Below, in pieces: positions 12,169 through 23,994 of a stretch of DNA of 64,000 nt. The translations under genes and the position numbers were made by a program. The notes under the pieces were generated by a model that saw only the letters and a program-made list of their open reading frames with translations, was not told the DNA's origin and did not search any database. Every line of letters begins with the position of its first letter. Within the stretch, counting starts at the first letter, position 1. The DNA is from Phyllosticta citribraziliensis (lineage: Eukaryota): positions 124,001 through 188,000 of the forward strand of contig NW_027117352.1 of the NCBI RefSeq assembly GCF_038025025.1. The letters are read 5' to 3'.

Positions 12169-13589
12169 ATGGCCCCCGCATCCGTCGCAGAAACCGCCCC
12201 TCAGGCCCCGCACACGCTGCCATCCAAGGCCACTTCTGCTCCCGTCGACAGGAACGTCTTCCCTGACGGCATCAAGACTTCTGGACAGCACCCTCCCCTT
12301 TACGACCAGCTACGACCTTACGAAGACTTTCCCAAGGAAATCACCGGCCCCACGGTATGGAAGGCCGAAGACTACAAGAACAACCCGGAGCGCTGGACGC
12401 ATCCCTTTAGCGACGAAGAAGTGGCTGAGCTGGGCGCTGCCGCCGACAAGTTTATTGCTGACGGCATTCCATTGACGGGAATCAGCAAGGTAAGTCTACG
12501 ATGTCAATCAATTCATCCTCGAAATTAAACACTAACCAATTCGACCAGGAAAACTTCATCATCCCCAAGCTCTCGCAGACCATGATTGCGCTGCGCAACG
12601 AGCTGCTCAACGGCAAGGGCTTCATCCTCTTCAAGGGCTTCCCCGTCCAGCAGTGGGGTATCCACAAGTCGGCCGTCGCCTACATGGGCTTGGGCACCTA
12701 TCTGGGATACTTTGTCTCGCAAAACGGCCTTGGTCACGTCCTCGGCCACGTCAAGGACGTCGGCGACGACCCGACCCAGATCGACTCTGTGCGCATCTAC
12801 AGAACCACTGCACGGTACGCCAGCCACTTCTCCCAACAACCCAATCCCTTCTTGTCTGGGACGATATTAGCTGACACGCAACCAACAGCCAATTCTTCCA
12901 CGCCGACGACTCGGACATTGTGGGCCTGCTGTGCATTGCGCGCGCGCTCGAGGGCGGCGAATCCGACATCGTGTCGTCGCACAACGTGTGGAACGTGCTG
13001 CAAAAGGAGCGGCCCGACGTCGCCAGGACGCTGACGGAGCCCATCTGGTACTTTGACCGCAAGGGCGAGACGAGCAAGGGCCAGGAGGACTGGATCCGGA
13101 CGAGCGTCTTCTACCTCGAGACGGGCGACAACCCACGCGTCTACTCCAAGTGCGTTGCCAACACCCTGAGCTTACCAAACCACCACCACAGTAATTTCTC
13201 ATGCTAACAACACCCCCGAAAACAGATGGGACCCCTACTACGTGCGCAGCCTCTCCCGCTTCTCCGACGCCGGCCTCATCCCGCCGCTCTCGCCCGCCCA
13301 AGTCGACGCGCTCACGGTGCTGGAAGAGACGTGCCAGCGCCTGGCGCTGCACATGATCCTCGAGATCGGCGACATCCAGTTCCTGTCCAACGAGCACGTG
13401 CTGCACGCGCGCACCGCCTACAAGGACTACCCGCCGCCGGCGCCCCGTCGCCAGCTGATGCGCCTGTGGCTCAGCACCCCCGAGAGCGAGGGCGGCTGGC
13501 GCCTGCCGTTCCATGATTCGCATGAGAAGAAGCGCGGGGGCATTCAGGTTGATGATACCCCGCCCAGGGCGCCGGATGACGCGGAGTAG
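12169..13589 (+). CDS. TauD/TfdA (clavaminate synthase-like) Fe(II)/2-oxoglutarate dioxygenase
   Basis: Introns 12490-12548, 12815-12888, 13150-13225; HxD motif QFFHADDSD, GGES, distal His in VLHARTAY and RxLxRLWL. Confidence 0.9.
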
Positions 13590-14147
13590 ACTGTTTTTCT
13601 CTCCTTTCTCCCAGTTCTTTCTACAACTGTTCTTGAGTTTTTGTTTGTTTGGAGATATTTGTCTCTTGAGGGTTAGCGTAGTCTTGATTCTTTAAAAGAC
13701 GGGTTTGACGGCGGTGGCGGCGGCGGCGCGTCTTTAGCCGGCGCAGAGCAGGGATGACGCGGCGGTGATTTATATCTAGCGAGCTAACGGCGAGCCACAT
13801 AGAGCCGTTGCGTGAGGTGGGCGAGCGGTTGGCGGCGACGGGAGATATACGCCCAATGAATCAAAAATAACATGACTTGCAAAGCACTTGTTAATATTCC
13901 TTGATATGTGAGAGATACATGAAGTCGAGGGCTGGGTGCTGACTCGAAGTGGACGTTGGATAGACGGGCTGGGAAGTTTGATCGCATATTTGCTGGAGCT
14001 GTTCGATTTGTTTGTCTGTCCACGGACACCAGAAAATCCTCACATAGCCCGCAAATCTAGCGTGCACGCCGCCTGCCGCTGCATCGACCCATCGCTCTAC
14101 CCATCTACATCTCTTCCTGCGCTCACCACGCTTCCTCCCGTCTCTCT

Positions 14148-16259
14148 CTACACATCCCAACCCACCCACTCGCCCTTCGGCGGCACCTCCGGCACAACGC
14201 CATCCCGCCACATCCCCGTCTCGCGAACGAACGCATACGCCTCGGCCAACTCGCGGCCAGCGTCGCCCTCGTACGCGGCGGGCGGGCCCTCGTGGAACGG
14301 ATTCGCCTCGGCCGGCGGCGTCGGGTGCCAGATGCGGATCAGCGCGCCGCTGCGGTCGGCCGGGTCGCGGTAGCAGGGCACGTTGGGCGCCGGATACTCG
14401 ACGCGCTGCCCTTTCCACGTGATGAGGCGGTTGGTGGCGGGGTCGTGGGTTGCGGGGTGGACGGCGGCGGAGGCGTGGAGGGAGGAGGAGGTGGTGGTTG
14501 TGCCGTTCGGTTGCTGCTGTTGTGTGGTGCTGTTGTTGGTGGCGGCGGGTTGGCCAAAGGCGTTGAGGCCGCCGCCGCCGCCGCCCGTTGTCGTGGGCTG
14601 CTGCTGCTGCTGCTGTTGCTGCTGGAAGGGATTGCTGGGCTGCGCTTGAGCGGGTTGGCCGAAGGGCGAGGGCGTCGGCTGCTGCTGCTGCTGCTGCTGC
14701 TGTGCCTGTGGATTGCCAAAGGCGCCGCCCGTCGGCTGAGCAGGCGGGAAACCACCGCTGTTCTGGGGTGCCGCTGGCTGGCCAAAAGCCGGCTGTCCGA
14801 ATCCTGGTGTTGCGGCCGGTTTGCCGAAGACTCCGCCGCCTGGTTGCGATGGCTGCCCGAATGCTGCGCTGCCGGGTTGCGATGGTTGGCCGAATGCTGC
14901 TGCTCCGCCGGGTTGCGATGGTTGGCCAAATGCTGCTGCTCCGCCGGGTTGCGATGGTTGACCAAATGCTCCGCCGCCGGGTTGAAACGCCTGGCCAAAC
15001 GCTGGTTTGCCGAACGCACCGCCTGCTGGCTGGCCGAATGCGCCGGGCTGAGAGGGCTGGCCAAAGGCTGCTGGTTGGGTCTGGGGATGGTTTTGGCCCG
15101 GGTTGGCGGGCTGTCCAAAGGCAGGTTTTCCAAAGGCGCCGCCGGCTGCGCTGCTGTTGGCGCCCAGAGACGACGGAGCACCAAACGCGCCGCCTTGGTT
15201 GGGTTGGGAAAAGGACGAAGGCCTACCAAACGCAGACTGCTGTTGTTGTTGTTGCTGCTGGCCACCGGCGGGCGCTCCGAAGCTGGGCTGGCCGAAGCCG
15301 CTGGGCTTGTTTGCTCCAAAGGCCGCGGGACCAGTTGGAATCGGCCGGCCAGAAGCTGCGCTTCCGCCTCTAGAGAAGGTGTTGGAGGTTTGAGAAGAGG
15401 TTTGATCGCAAATATCGTTGCGGTTGGGATGCATGTTATCCCCATCAAGCACAAACTTGATTGCTCCAGGCAGGTCGTTCAAGATGGACTGGACCTGTTG
15501 ATTTGATTGTTCCAAGAGGGCAGTCTCTTCGGCGGCCTACACGTTCTGGTCAGCTGGAAGTGATCTTCCTGGCGTCGTGAGACTTACAGCTTGCTGTGGA
15601 TTGCCCAAGGCATAGAATCGGAACCGCATCTCTTCGGGGCTCTGCTCAATGGCGCCCTCGATCAGTTGTCGAGGCACAGCCTTGGCCGGTCCGTAGGCTG
15701 AGAAGGGCCATATCGGTCGTTCGGTGCTCAAGTCGATGCGGATCACTTCCTGATCCAAGTTGTATCTTGCTGCGAGGTTAGATGGGCGAGCCGGGAAGGG
15801 CGACTTGGGCGACGTACTTGTTGTTTGGGACTTTTTTATTTCGACTCCAGTTAGACGCTTTGAGCGAACGCATCGTGAAATGGTGAAGTAAAGAGACGAG
15901 ACTTGTTCAAAGTTGAAGGAGAGAAGAGGTGGCAAGAGCAGGGGATTGAAATATCGTAAGGTCGAGGCAAAGCAGCGAGCGGGCGAAAGCCAAACATTGG
16001 AAACATGGATCCAAAAATCAACAAAACTTCAGACTCACCATTGCGGGGCGGCGCTCTGGCAGCACCGCCGCCAAACTGATTATTCAGAGCTCCGTAGCGA
16101 TTTTGGGTCTGTTGCGGCGCGCGACCTTGGGTAACTTGTCCTGGATGCTCAAACTTGCATCTCTCTGGACAGCGTGAGCATGCAGCCAAGCCGGTGTCAG
16201 AGTTGTCGCTCACCTCCGAATCTACAGTTGCCCTGCTGGAAGTACCTGCATACGGTCAT
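14148..16259 (-). CDS. NUP42: CCCH zinc-finger FG-nucleoporin Amo1/Nup42
   Basis: N-terminal MTVCRYFQQGNCRFG-ERCKFEHP zinc finger; DLSTERPIWPFSAYGP..EQSPEEMR block; many FGQP/FGKP repeats; C-terminal GVVPEVPPKGEW; three GT-AG introns. Confidence 0.9.
14835..14990 (-). repeat. Intragenic ~33-36 bp tandem repeat encoding AFGQPSQPGGAA units
   Basis: Near-identical units ccgccgggttgcgatggttggccgaatgctgctgct on the + strand, about 4 copies. Confidence 0.85.
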
Positions 16260-16773
16260 GGCGAAAGATCTAACGTCCAATACCCACTGGTCGAATTAGC
16301 ATATTATGAGAGGTGAGGTTGACGGCGCTGGAGTCAAAGGAACTTCATTGTCAGCTAGCCGAGTGTCGCTCATTGGCGGGCCGAGAGGAATGCGGCGTGC
16401 GGAAGCGCAGCACAACAACAGCACAGCCGGCAGCGCGCTTCAAAGGACATCGAGAACGCCGGCGTACCTATGGATGTATGACTGTGTGGTGTTGAATTTT
16501 TCGACGGCTGCGAGTGCCGTCCGGTCGCCGTCGTGACGCGCGCCGCGCCAAGAAGCACCCGACCACTGGCCTCCCAAGTCCCAACGCGCCGCGCCAACCT
16601 GACTTGATCAACTCCCGTCCAGTCCGCATATCCCAGACGGCCCGCCAAAGCTTTGCCCTCGTCATGCGCCTGGCGTCCGACACGCCCATCTCCACATTCG
16701 CCGCCGACGTCTGCTTCTCCTCCAGTCTCCATTGACCTGACCCGTCCCGCGCCGTCGCCCATCTCCCCGCCTC

Positions 16774-17168
16774 ATGCACCCATTCTCCGTCCTCACTCTC
16801 GGCATCTTCATCGCGGGATATATTACTGCTCGCTGGGACCTCGTCACTCGGCTGTATGAGCTTGCAATCTTTGCTTGGGATCACGGTGTCGTAGTACGAC
16901 TGCCCGCTCCGCAATGCTTCGCCAGGAATGCTGACTCGCTTCTCCAGACGCGCGCTGCAAAGGGAGCTGCCATCCTTACCGTGGCCTTCGTCGTCATTGC
17001 TCTGCCAGTATCGCTGATAGCAGAACACGAGTCGAAGCTGGTGTGTTTGACCCACTCGCGCAACCTGAGCCTTGACCGAATCGCAACGACTGACTGGCGC
17101 AGCATCCTCGGACCGGAGGCGTGGGCATATCCGCACGGGAGCAGCTCAAGCGACGCGGCTCCTTTTAG
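16774..17168 (+). CDS. 92-aa small membrane protein of unknown function immediately upstream of GPI1
   Basis: Exons 16774-16893, 16948-17040, 17103-17168 with canonical GT/CTGAC/CAG signals give MHPFSVLTLGIFIAGYITARWDLVTRLYELAIFAWDHGVVTRAAKGAAILTVAFVVIALPVSLIAEHESKLHPRTGGVGISAREQLKRRGSF*. Confidence 0.78.
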
Positions 17169-17188
17169 CCCCGGGGCGGAATGTTGAC

Positions 17189-19612
17189 ATGGTCACGAAC
17201 AATGGGTTGATGCGCGTTTTCTGGCCCTCAGATGCGTCCTCTGGATCGAGCGCCGGAGTCTTGCTGGGATGGAGAAACTCGGAATCGGACTTTTTCGTCA
17301 TAACGGTAATGCGCGATGTAGAGGTGAGTCGTCTACCCAACTCTGCAGACCACGACTGACGCGACGTAGCCGCGCGCGGTGGAGAACGCCTTGCGCGTAG
17401 GGACGCTCTTTCGCAATGCCCCTTATGCGATTGAGGACATTCTGGAGCGATGCGGCCATTCTACTCTACAAGTCCTCGGCGTCCTCAACCCTCAAGTCCC
17501 GCCGACTGGCTTCGATCCTGGATACTTGGTCTCCCATACCTCACCCAAATCGCGATTCCCCAGAATATACTGTCCCGAGGCCTCCGTAACCGTCCAGGTC
17601 ATTCTTTTCGACCGACCAGATCCAGCCCGCATGCAATACTTTTCACTTACGCCCATTTCATTGGCGCTTGGAGACAAACCAGACAGCGCGGCAAGAGACA
17701 TGGTGCCGGTCGACGGAATAGACGCCGAGGAGCAGCAGGAAAAGATAAATCGACAGAAGCTCGTGGAGAAGCTCAAATTGCACACGGTCATTAAGCGCGT
17801 GCCGAGTCAAAAAGAGTTGTCACTTCCGGACATTGTGGTTCAAGCCAACTGCTCCCACGAAATCGCCGCCTTGTGCCAGAAGAATGCACGACTCATCGGG
17901 ACCCGAACAAGGCGAGCTTTAAGTATGGGAGAACGTGTCGTCGAATCTGCTACAACATTGTGGCATCAAGTCTTGGTTTTCATTTGGCACGTCTTGAGCG
18001 TTTGGATCTACCCGGTGGTGACGCAACTGTTCATTCTGGGGCTCATAGCGCATAGGATCGCTGGAGAGTTGATTCTCCGCGTCCTGGACTGGCGATTGCT
18101 CCCCGATTCTGCAGCTCTAAAGGACGTATCGGCCACGGCACAGCAAGTGGACATTCGGCTCCAGCAATTTTGTTATTGGCCGATCCAATTCCAGACTCTC
18201 CAAAAGAGAAAATGCCACTGGCAAAGCATCACGAGCAGCCACCCCGAATATATTCGCTTCTACAACAGCTTGTGGCTGGTTGCGAACGACGTCATTATCG
18301 GCATCGCCCTCGGTTCCTACATCATTGAGAATGCCGAGTTTGTTGCCTGCCAGGTAGATGAAGTCCTAACAGAGTGGTCCATCGAGGGCTTGCGGAGAAT
18401 GATATCCTGGCTGATGGATTGGCCGGCGGGATTGAAACTCAACAATGAATTGGCGCAATTCTTAGGAGACCTCTTCTTGTGGGTTATCGACTACTGGGCT
18501 GGTGAGTCTTGCAACAACAAATCTCCAATCTTTTCTGACAAAACAGGCTGCATCGCAACGCTCCGTCCATTTCTCCCCGAAGTTATTAGCTTCATCGGCT
18601 TCTCCAGCTTTGCCGGCGCGACCATGCCGATTTCCCTCTTCTCCGACTTGGTCTCAGTTCTTACGCTGCACATATACTCCTTCTACATTGCGTCTGCCCG
18701 CATCTTCAACTGGCAGCTCAACATAATCTTCTCCCTCTTCCACCTCTTCCGCGGAAAGAAGCGCAACGTCTTGCGTAACCGTATAGACTCGTGCGACTAC
18801 GACCTTGATCAGCTGCTACTCGGGACGATTCTCTTTACGCTACTGTTTTTCCTCCTGCCAACAGTCTTTGTTTTCTACCTCACTTTTGCATCAGCGAGAA
18901 TGTCAATAATAGTCCTCAAAGCTGTTCTTGATACCCTGCTAATGCTTTTGAACCATTTCCCAATATTTGCCTTGATGCTCCGCATCAAGGATTCTGGGCG
19001 TTTACCTGGTAAGCAACGCAAGTTAATGCACTTCAAGGTTCCGTGCTTATCAGTCTAGGCGGCATCCGTTTTGATCTTCAAGATACCCGTTCCGCAAAAC
19101 TTCCGGAACAAAGCCCGCATTCCGCTCCTACTTCGTACATCATTCTCAAGGTAACGATTACTTCATCTTACACCTGCAGACTCTTCTCTGACCTCCGCCA
19201 GTCTGTCCCTCTCAGTTTCTGGGCCATGTTCCACCAATACTCTCAGCTCGGCACGCGGATACGCAAGCACTACATCTCGCCCGGCGTCTTCCTGTGCCTG
19301 GTCACGGGCCGCTTCGTGCCTCCCATCCACCGCAAAAACCTCTACAGCCTGCAGTACAGCATGCTGCCGGCTCGGCGAGCCAGCATCTTGGAGCTCTGGG
19401 CCCGGCTGACCGAGGACCACGATGGCAACAGCAAGGATCACCATCACCACCACCACTACTACTTCTCCAACAACGATAAGAAGATCAAGGATGGGAGGCG
19501 CACCTCGGGCTTGGGGTCTGGCGCTGGCTGGAGCGGCGTCGCGAATGGGTATGCTGGTGCGGCGGGCAAGGAGAGGGTCAATGGTGTGCCGAGGAGGCAG
19601 AAGGGCTTGTAG
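17189..19612 (+). CDS. GPI1: GPI N-acetylglucosaminyltransferase subunit Gpi1 (PIG-Q)
   Basis: MVTNNGLMRVFWP..GVLLGWRNS; SATAQQVDIRLQQFCYWP; WLMDWPAGLKLNNEL; SLFHLFRGKKRNVLRNRIDSCDYDLDQLLLGTILFT; introns 17324-17369, 18502-18546, 19009-19058, 19151-19201. Confidence 0.95.
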
Positions 19613-20181
19613 ATGTGCCTGCGGGGCGAGCGTAATTCTAGACGATTCCCACGACTGGATTGAGCTGAACATGCTTGGTTATATGTTGGCTGTCTTGCAA
19701 TGTGCTTGAATGGATTTGTGTCAGTAAGTCCTCGCGTTACAGGGCGGAATCGACGTCATCCCTATCGCTCTCTAGGTACATCTGCGCCATGGCTGATGCG
19801 TTCAGCCGCCGAATCTGGAGGGAATATCACAAGGGGGGCAGTAAGAGAAATGGCAGCTCCTGGCAATGCGATTGGACATATGGAGCCATGTATATACCTC
19901 GAGACAGTGGAGACGGTGGTGGCCGAGGCTGTTGAGATTATGTGGGTATGTCGGTGGCGAAGAATAAGGAAGGCATTGCATATGGATTTGGAGCAACGGC
20001 CTTCGAGGAGGACACAGCTGCACCTCAGGAGCGATATTTCAGGATCACATCTGATGTTTGGATGCGCTTGTGTGGGTCTATCGTTACGATGAAGTTGAGT
20101 CCAATAATTCAATCCTTCTCATTGCGTTGTTCAACTGTCTGTCCACAAAACACCAAATCGTCCTCCCTGCATGTACTTCGC

Positions 20182-22700
20182 TCATCCCACAAACCGCCTC
20201 AATCGTCTCTTCGCACCCATGACGCCAACACCAGCCTCACTCGCGCCACTCTCCCTGTGCACCCACGGCACACGCCCGACATCAACCTCCGATCCTCCGC
20301 CCGCCGCCGCCGCAGCACCCTTCCTGTCCCTCTCGCGCCTCGCCCACTCATCCATCTGCACGTCCTCGAGGTACGCCCACGCCGGGACGTCGAGCGCGCC
20401 CAGCACGAGCAGCGTGCGCCGCGGGTCGCGCAGCTCGTCGAGCAGGTGCTCGTTGGCGGGCGGCACGAGCAGGTGCAGCGCCTGGTTGGGCGCGTCGATG
20501 CCGCGGACGAGCGCCAGCGTGACGAGCCGCGACGTCTGCGGAGACGGCGGCTCCAGCGTGCGCCGGTTGCGCCGCGGCGCTGCGATGTACGGGATGTGGT
20601 GGGGCGCGGGGCTGTGGGCGACGCGCGAGGCGAAGGTGCTGTCGTTGGTGTCGTCGGTGTCGGCGATGGCGCTGGTGGTTGTCGAGGAGGGGGACAGCTC
20701 GACGACGCCGACGATGGCGCCGTTGAGGACGGTGGGGAGGTGTGTTGGCGCTACGGCGTCGCCGGTTGCTAGCACCGCGAGGAAATCGGGTGAGCTGCTA
20801 GCATAGGAGACAACATAGGGCCGGAGTTGCGTCAGGGGCGTCGCGTCCCATGCTTGGTGTGAGTCGTTTTGGCGTGGGGTCGCGAGGTGAAAGTACGAGA
20901 GTGCTTGCATTGTGCGAAAGTCGGCCGGAGAGCGGGACGGGTGGCCCGAGGGCTGCGATGGAATGGGTTGAAAGCGCTGAACGGTAGTGGCCGAAGTGGT
21001 CGTGGCAGCGGTTGTGAGGGCCTCGAGAGCTCGGCTGGGCTCGTCGCTTGTGAAGATGAGGTCCGTCGGGGAGAGGCGTGAAAGCAGGGACAGGAGGATC
21101 TGGAGGCCTGTCCCGATGGTCCAGCCGGGGCAGTTGATGATGAGTGGTCCGCGCGTGTTGCCAAAATTGAGGTGTTTGTGGTAGGCAGTGGCAAGATCAA
21201 TGGCGCACTCGACAAAGTGCTCTGGGTTGTCTTTGGGACTGTTTGCTCCGATGAAATGTGCTCGCACGGTGCGCTGATGCGTGCCTGTCGTCGCGCTGGG
21301 GTGGGCAAATGGAGGGCCGAAAAATGGCAGGCGAAGTTCTATCAGTGAGATCTGCCCGGGTGGTCCGTATTCGGGTTGTCCTGGGTCAATGTCGAGGAGA
21401 AATACAGAATGACTCTCTGACTTCATAGCCTCGCGGTCAATGGTGAAGAGACGATTGAGCAAAAATCTGCTAAATGTGGACTTTCCAGACGATTTGGGAC
21501 CACAGACTAGGATTTTCTCGAAGAGATTCGATTTGCGCTTTGACGCCGCCGAACAAATCTTGTCAATAGCCTTGTGCCACTCTGGAGGCATCTCGAGATG
21601 ATACAGCGGTCTGCCTAGCGAGTCATCTGATAAGACGTGGATCTAGAGCCATATGTCAGCAAAATTTGAAGTGGTGCAAAAACCGGCAAGCCTACATTTT
21701 CAAACGACCAGCGCTTCTTTTGATTCCGCAAAAAAGACTGATCCACAGACTCTTCGGCTTTCCAAAGACGTCCGTACAAAGGCGAAAGCCTTTCCATCAA
21801 AGGCAGCTGTGAAGTGATAGACTTCAGCTCCACTTCAGCTCCACCCGGGGAAAGGCACTGTAAGACGGGCAGAGCATGTGTAGCTGGAGCAAAGACTCGA
21901 TAGAACATGGCATGAGGCCCCGCACGCAATATTGCTCCGTACAGTGTAACAACGCCTCGCTTGACAAGGACGTCATACATGCCCACACTGGCGAGGGTCT
22001 GGCCAGGCGCAAGACGAACCGTCATGCCATTGGAGTTGTGTTTTGAGACATTTTCCAGAGACGGCGTCCAAGAGGAGACCTCGACACTCGGTGCTGCGTA
22101 CACTGCATTCCAAGTGTCGCCAGACGCTTGATTACGGGAATCATTTTGAAATCCAGTTTCGGCCTCATCACTTGGCCTTGGGAGGTAGTCGGGCTCATAG
22201 CTGTCCACGCTATTGTCGCTGTCGTCAGCGTCTTTAAGAACCAACAACTTGGCCTGTTCCTCGAGCGCTGCTCGTCGAGCCTCGACAGCAGAGAGAGGCT
22301 TGGGCACGTGAGCAGTAGAATCGACAGGCCGCTTTCCAGGTGCTTTTCCAAGAGCTTCTGCTATAGGTGCAGTCGCACCCACAGAACTCGACGCGTCTTG
22401 GCCATTTTCGGCCGATTTAGCCTTGTCCTTGCTCTTTTTTCGCACGCGCGACTTTGACGAAGTTTTGGCACCAGCAGCTTCACCTAAGCTTTCTTCTCTC
22501 GGCGCTGTCCCACTGCTCTCGGAAATTGCCTGCTGTCTGCGCGCACGAAGTGCAGCAGCAGCACTCAATGGTGCTAGAAAAACACATCTGTCAGGGATAT
22601 TAGATCCAACGAAACTGCATTCAAAAGGATGCATACAAGCAGGATCATTGGAGGTTTCCGGGAATTCAATTTTCCTCCGTTTGGGCATTTTTGTATCCAT
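20182..22700 (-). CDS. GRC3: Polynucleotide 5'-hydroxyl kinase Grc3/Nol9 (pre-rRNA processing)
   Basis: Walker A VCGPKSSGKST, DIDPGQPEYGPPG, LIINCPGW, LALVRGID; two short introns join ORFs 21615-22700 and 20182-21591. Confidence 0.92.
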
Positions 22701-22919
22701 GCTCGAAGCACGCGGTTGGGTGGAATGTTGGAGAGCGGCAAGCTCTTTCGGGGCAGACCTGAGGTCATGGCGGCGATTAGATGGATTAGATCCACCGCCT
22801 TGCTAGCGTCGCACTAGCGCAAATCCCCCGACGGTAACCCCGAAAAAGTTTCCAGAGCGCGTCGAATCGCGCAGTCACACAACTCCACCTTACCCTCCAA
22901 TTACTTTCCACCTGTGGCC
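22701..22919. promoter_or_regulatory. Compact bidirectional promoter GRC3/RPA34
   Basis: Head-to-head ATGs 219 nt apart; RRPE-like CGAAAAAGTTTCC at 22841-22853. Confidence 0.65.
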
Positions 22920-23994
22920 ATGTCGAAGAAGGTCAAAGAGACGCGAGTGCCAATCCCTGGCGAAACGCCCAAATCTGCCGCCAAGGAGCCCAAAAAGGAC
23001 AAGAAAAAGTCGAAACCTGTCGCAAAAGTAGAGCCGAGCCCAAGTCCAAGCGAAAGCGACAGCGAGAGTACATCAGAGGCCAGCTTCGAGGACGAAAGCA
23101 GCGAGGAAAAAGTTTCCAAGGAGAAGAGCTCTACCGGCAAATCCGCACCCGCAAAGACGAGCTCCGAGAGTAGCGAGAGTGAGAGCAGTTCTGCAGAATC
23201 AGAAAGCGGAAGCGAGTCAGAGAGTTCAGAAGAAGAGGCACCACGGTAATGAGCGACTTAGCATTCGATAATGGAGTCCAGCTAACAGCAGCAGCGATGT
23301 GCAGACAGTTTCGCTTCGACCCGCCAAAGCCTTTCAACCACCCCCGGGCTTCAAGAAAGTCCCATCGAACATAAACCCCGCGTCAAACCTCTCCAAACTC
23401 CTCAAATCCACAGACCTCTCAAAGAAACAAATATGGCACATTACTGCGCCGGCCTCTGTCGACGTCAAGGCAGTCAAGGAGATCGCTTTAGGGCAGGGCA
23501 TGGAGAATAAGACGGTGTTGCAGCACAAGGGCGCAGAGTACGCTTTCGCGCGCGAAAGTGATGACGGTCAAACATCCGGGAAGCTCTTGGTGCCCACGGA
23601 GAAGGGTTACGCGGCGATCCCCGACGATTTCTCCCAGACACTGCACCTCAAGCAAGTCGTGCGGCTTCCCGCAGTGTCAGAAAAGCAGGAAGAGAGTACA
23701 CAAGATGCCATGAAGTTTGTCATTCGACCGGAGAAGCCTGCGAGGCCCCAGCCGGAGGGTCTTCGGATGCGCTACAGGCCGGCAGGAAACGCGGATGCCC
23801 CCGAGAAGCCAAAGGCAAAGAGACGACACGAGAAGACGGGAGGAGACGAGGAAACGGCCGAGGTCAAACCTAAGAAGAAGAAGAAGTCCAAGAGGGAAAG
23901 TGCCGGTGAAGCAATGGACGGCGTTGAAATGACGGGAGTAAAGGAAGAAGACGGCGAGAAGAAGAAAAAGAAGAAGGAAAAGAAGAAGGCGTGA
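22920..23994 (+). CDS. RPA34: RNA polymerase I subunit A34.5 (Rpa34)
   Basis: S/E-rich N-terminus; FQPPPGFK, KQIWHITAPASV, RPQPEGLRMRYRPAG; poly-Lys C-terminus; intron 23246 to about 23294. Confidence 0.85.

Noticed and set aside
14292..15506. 404-aa and other overlapping ORFs over NUP42
   Set aside because: Antisense or alternative-frame artefacts of the repetitive GC-rich FG region
17157..17191. Programmed frameshift at TCC TTT TAG fusing the small ORF to GPI1
   Set aside because: A +1 shift reaches TGA at 17185-17187. A -1 shift would enter the GPI1 frame, but there is no canonical X XXY YYZ heptamer, so it is unsupported though not excluded
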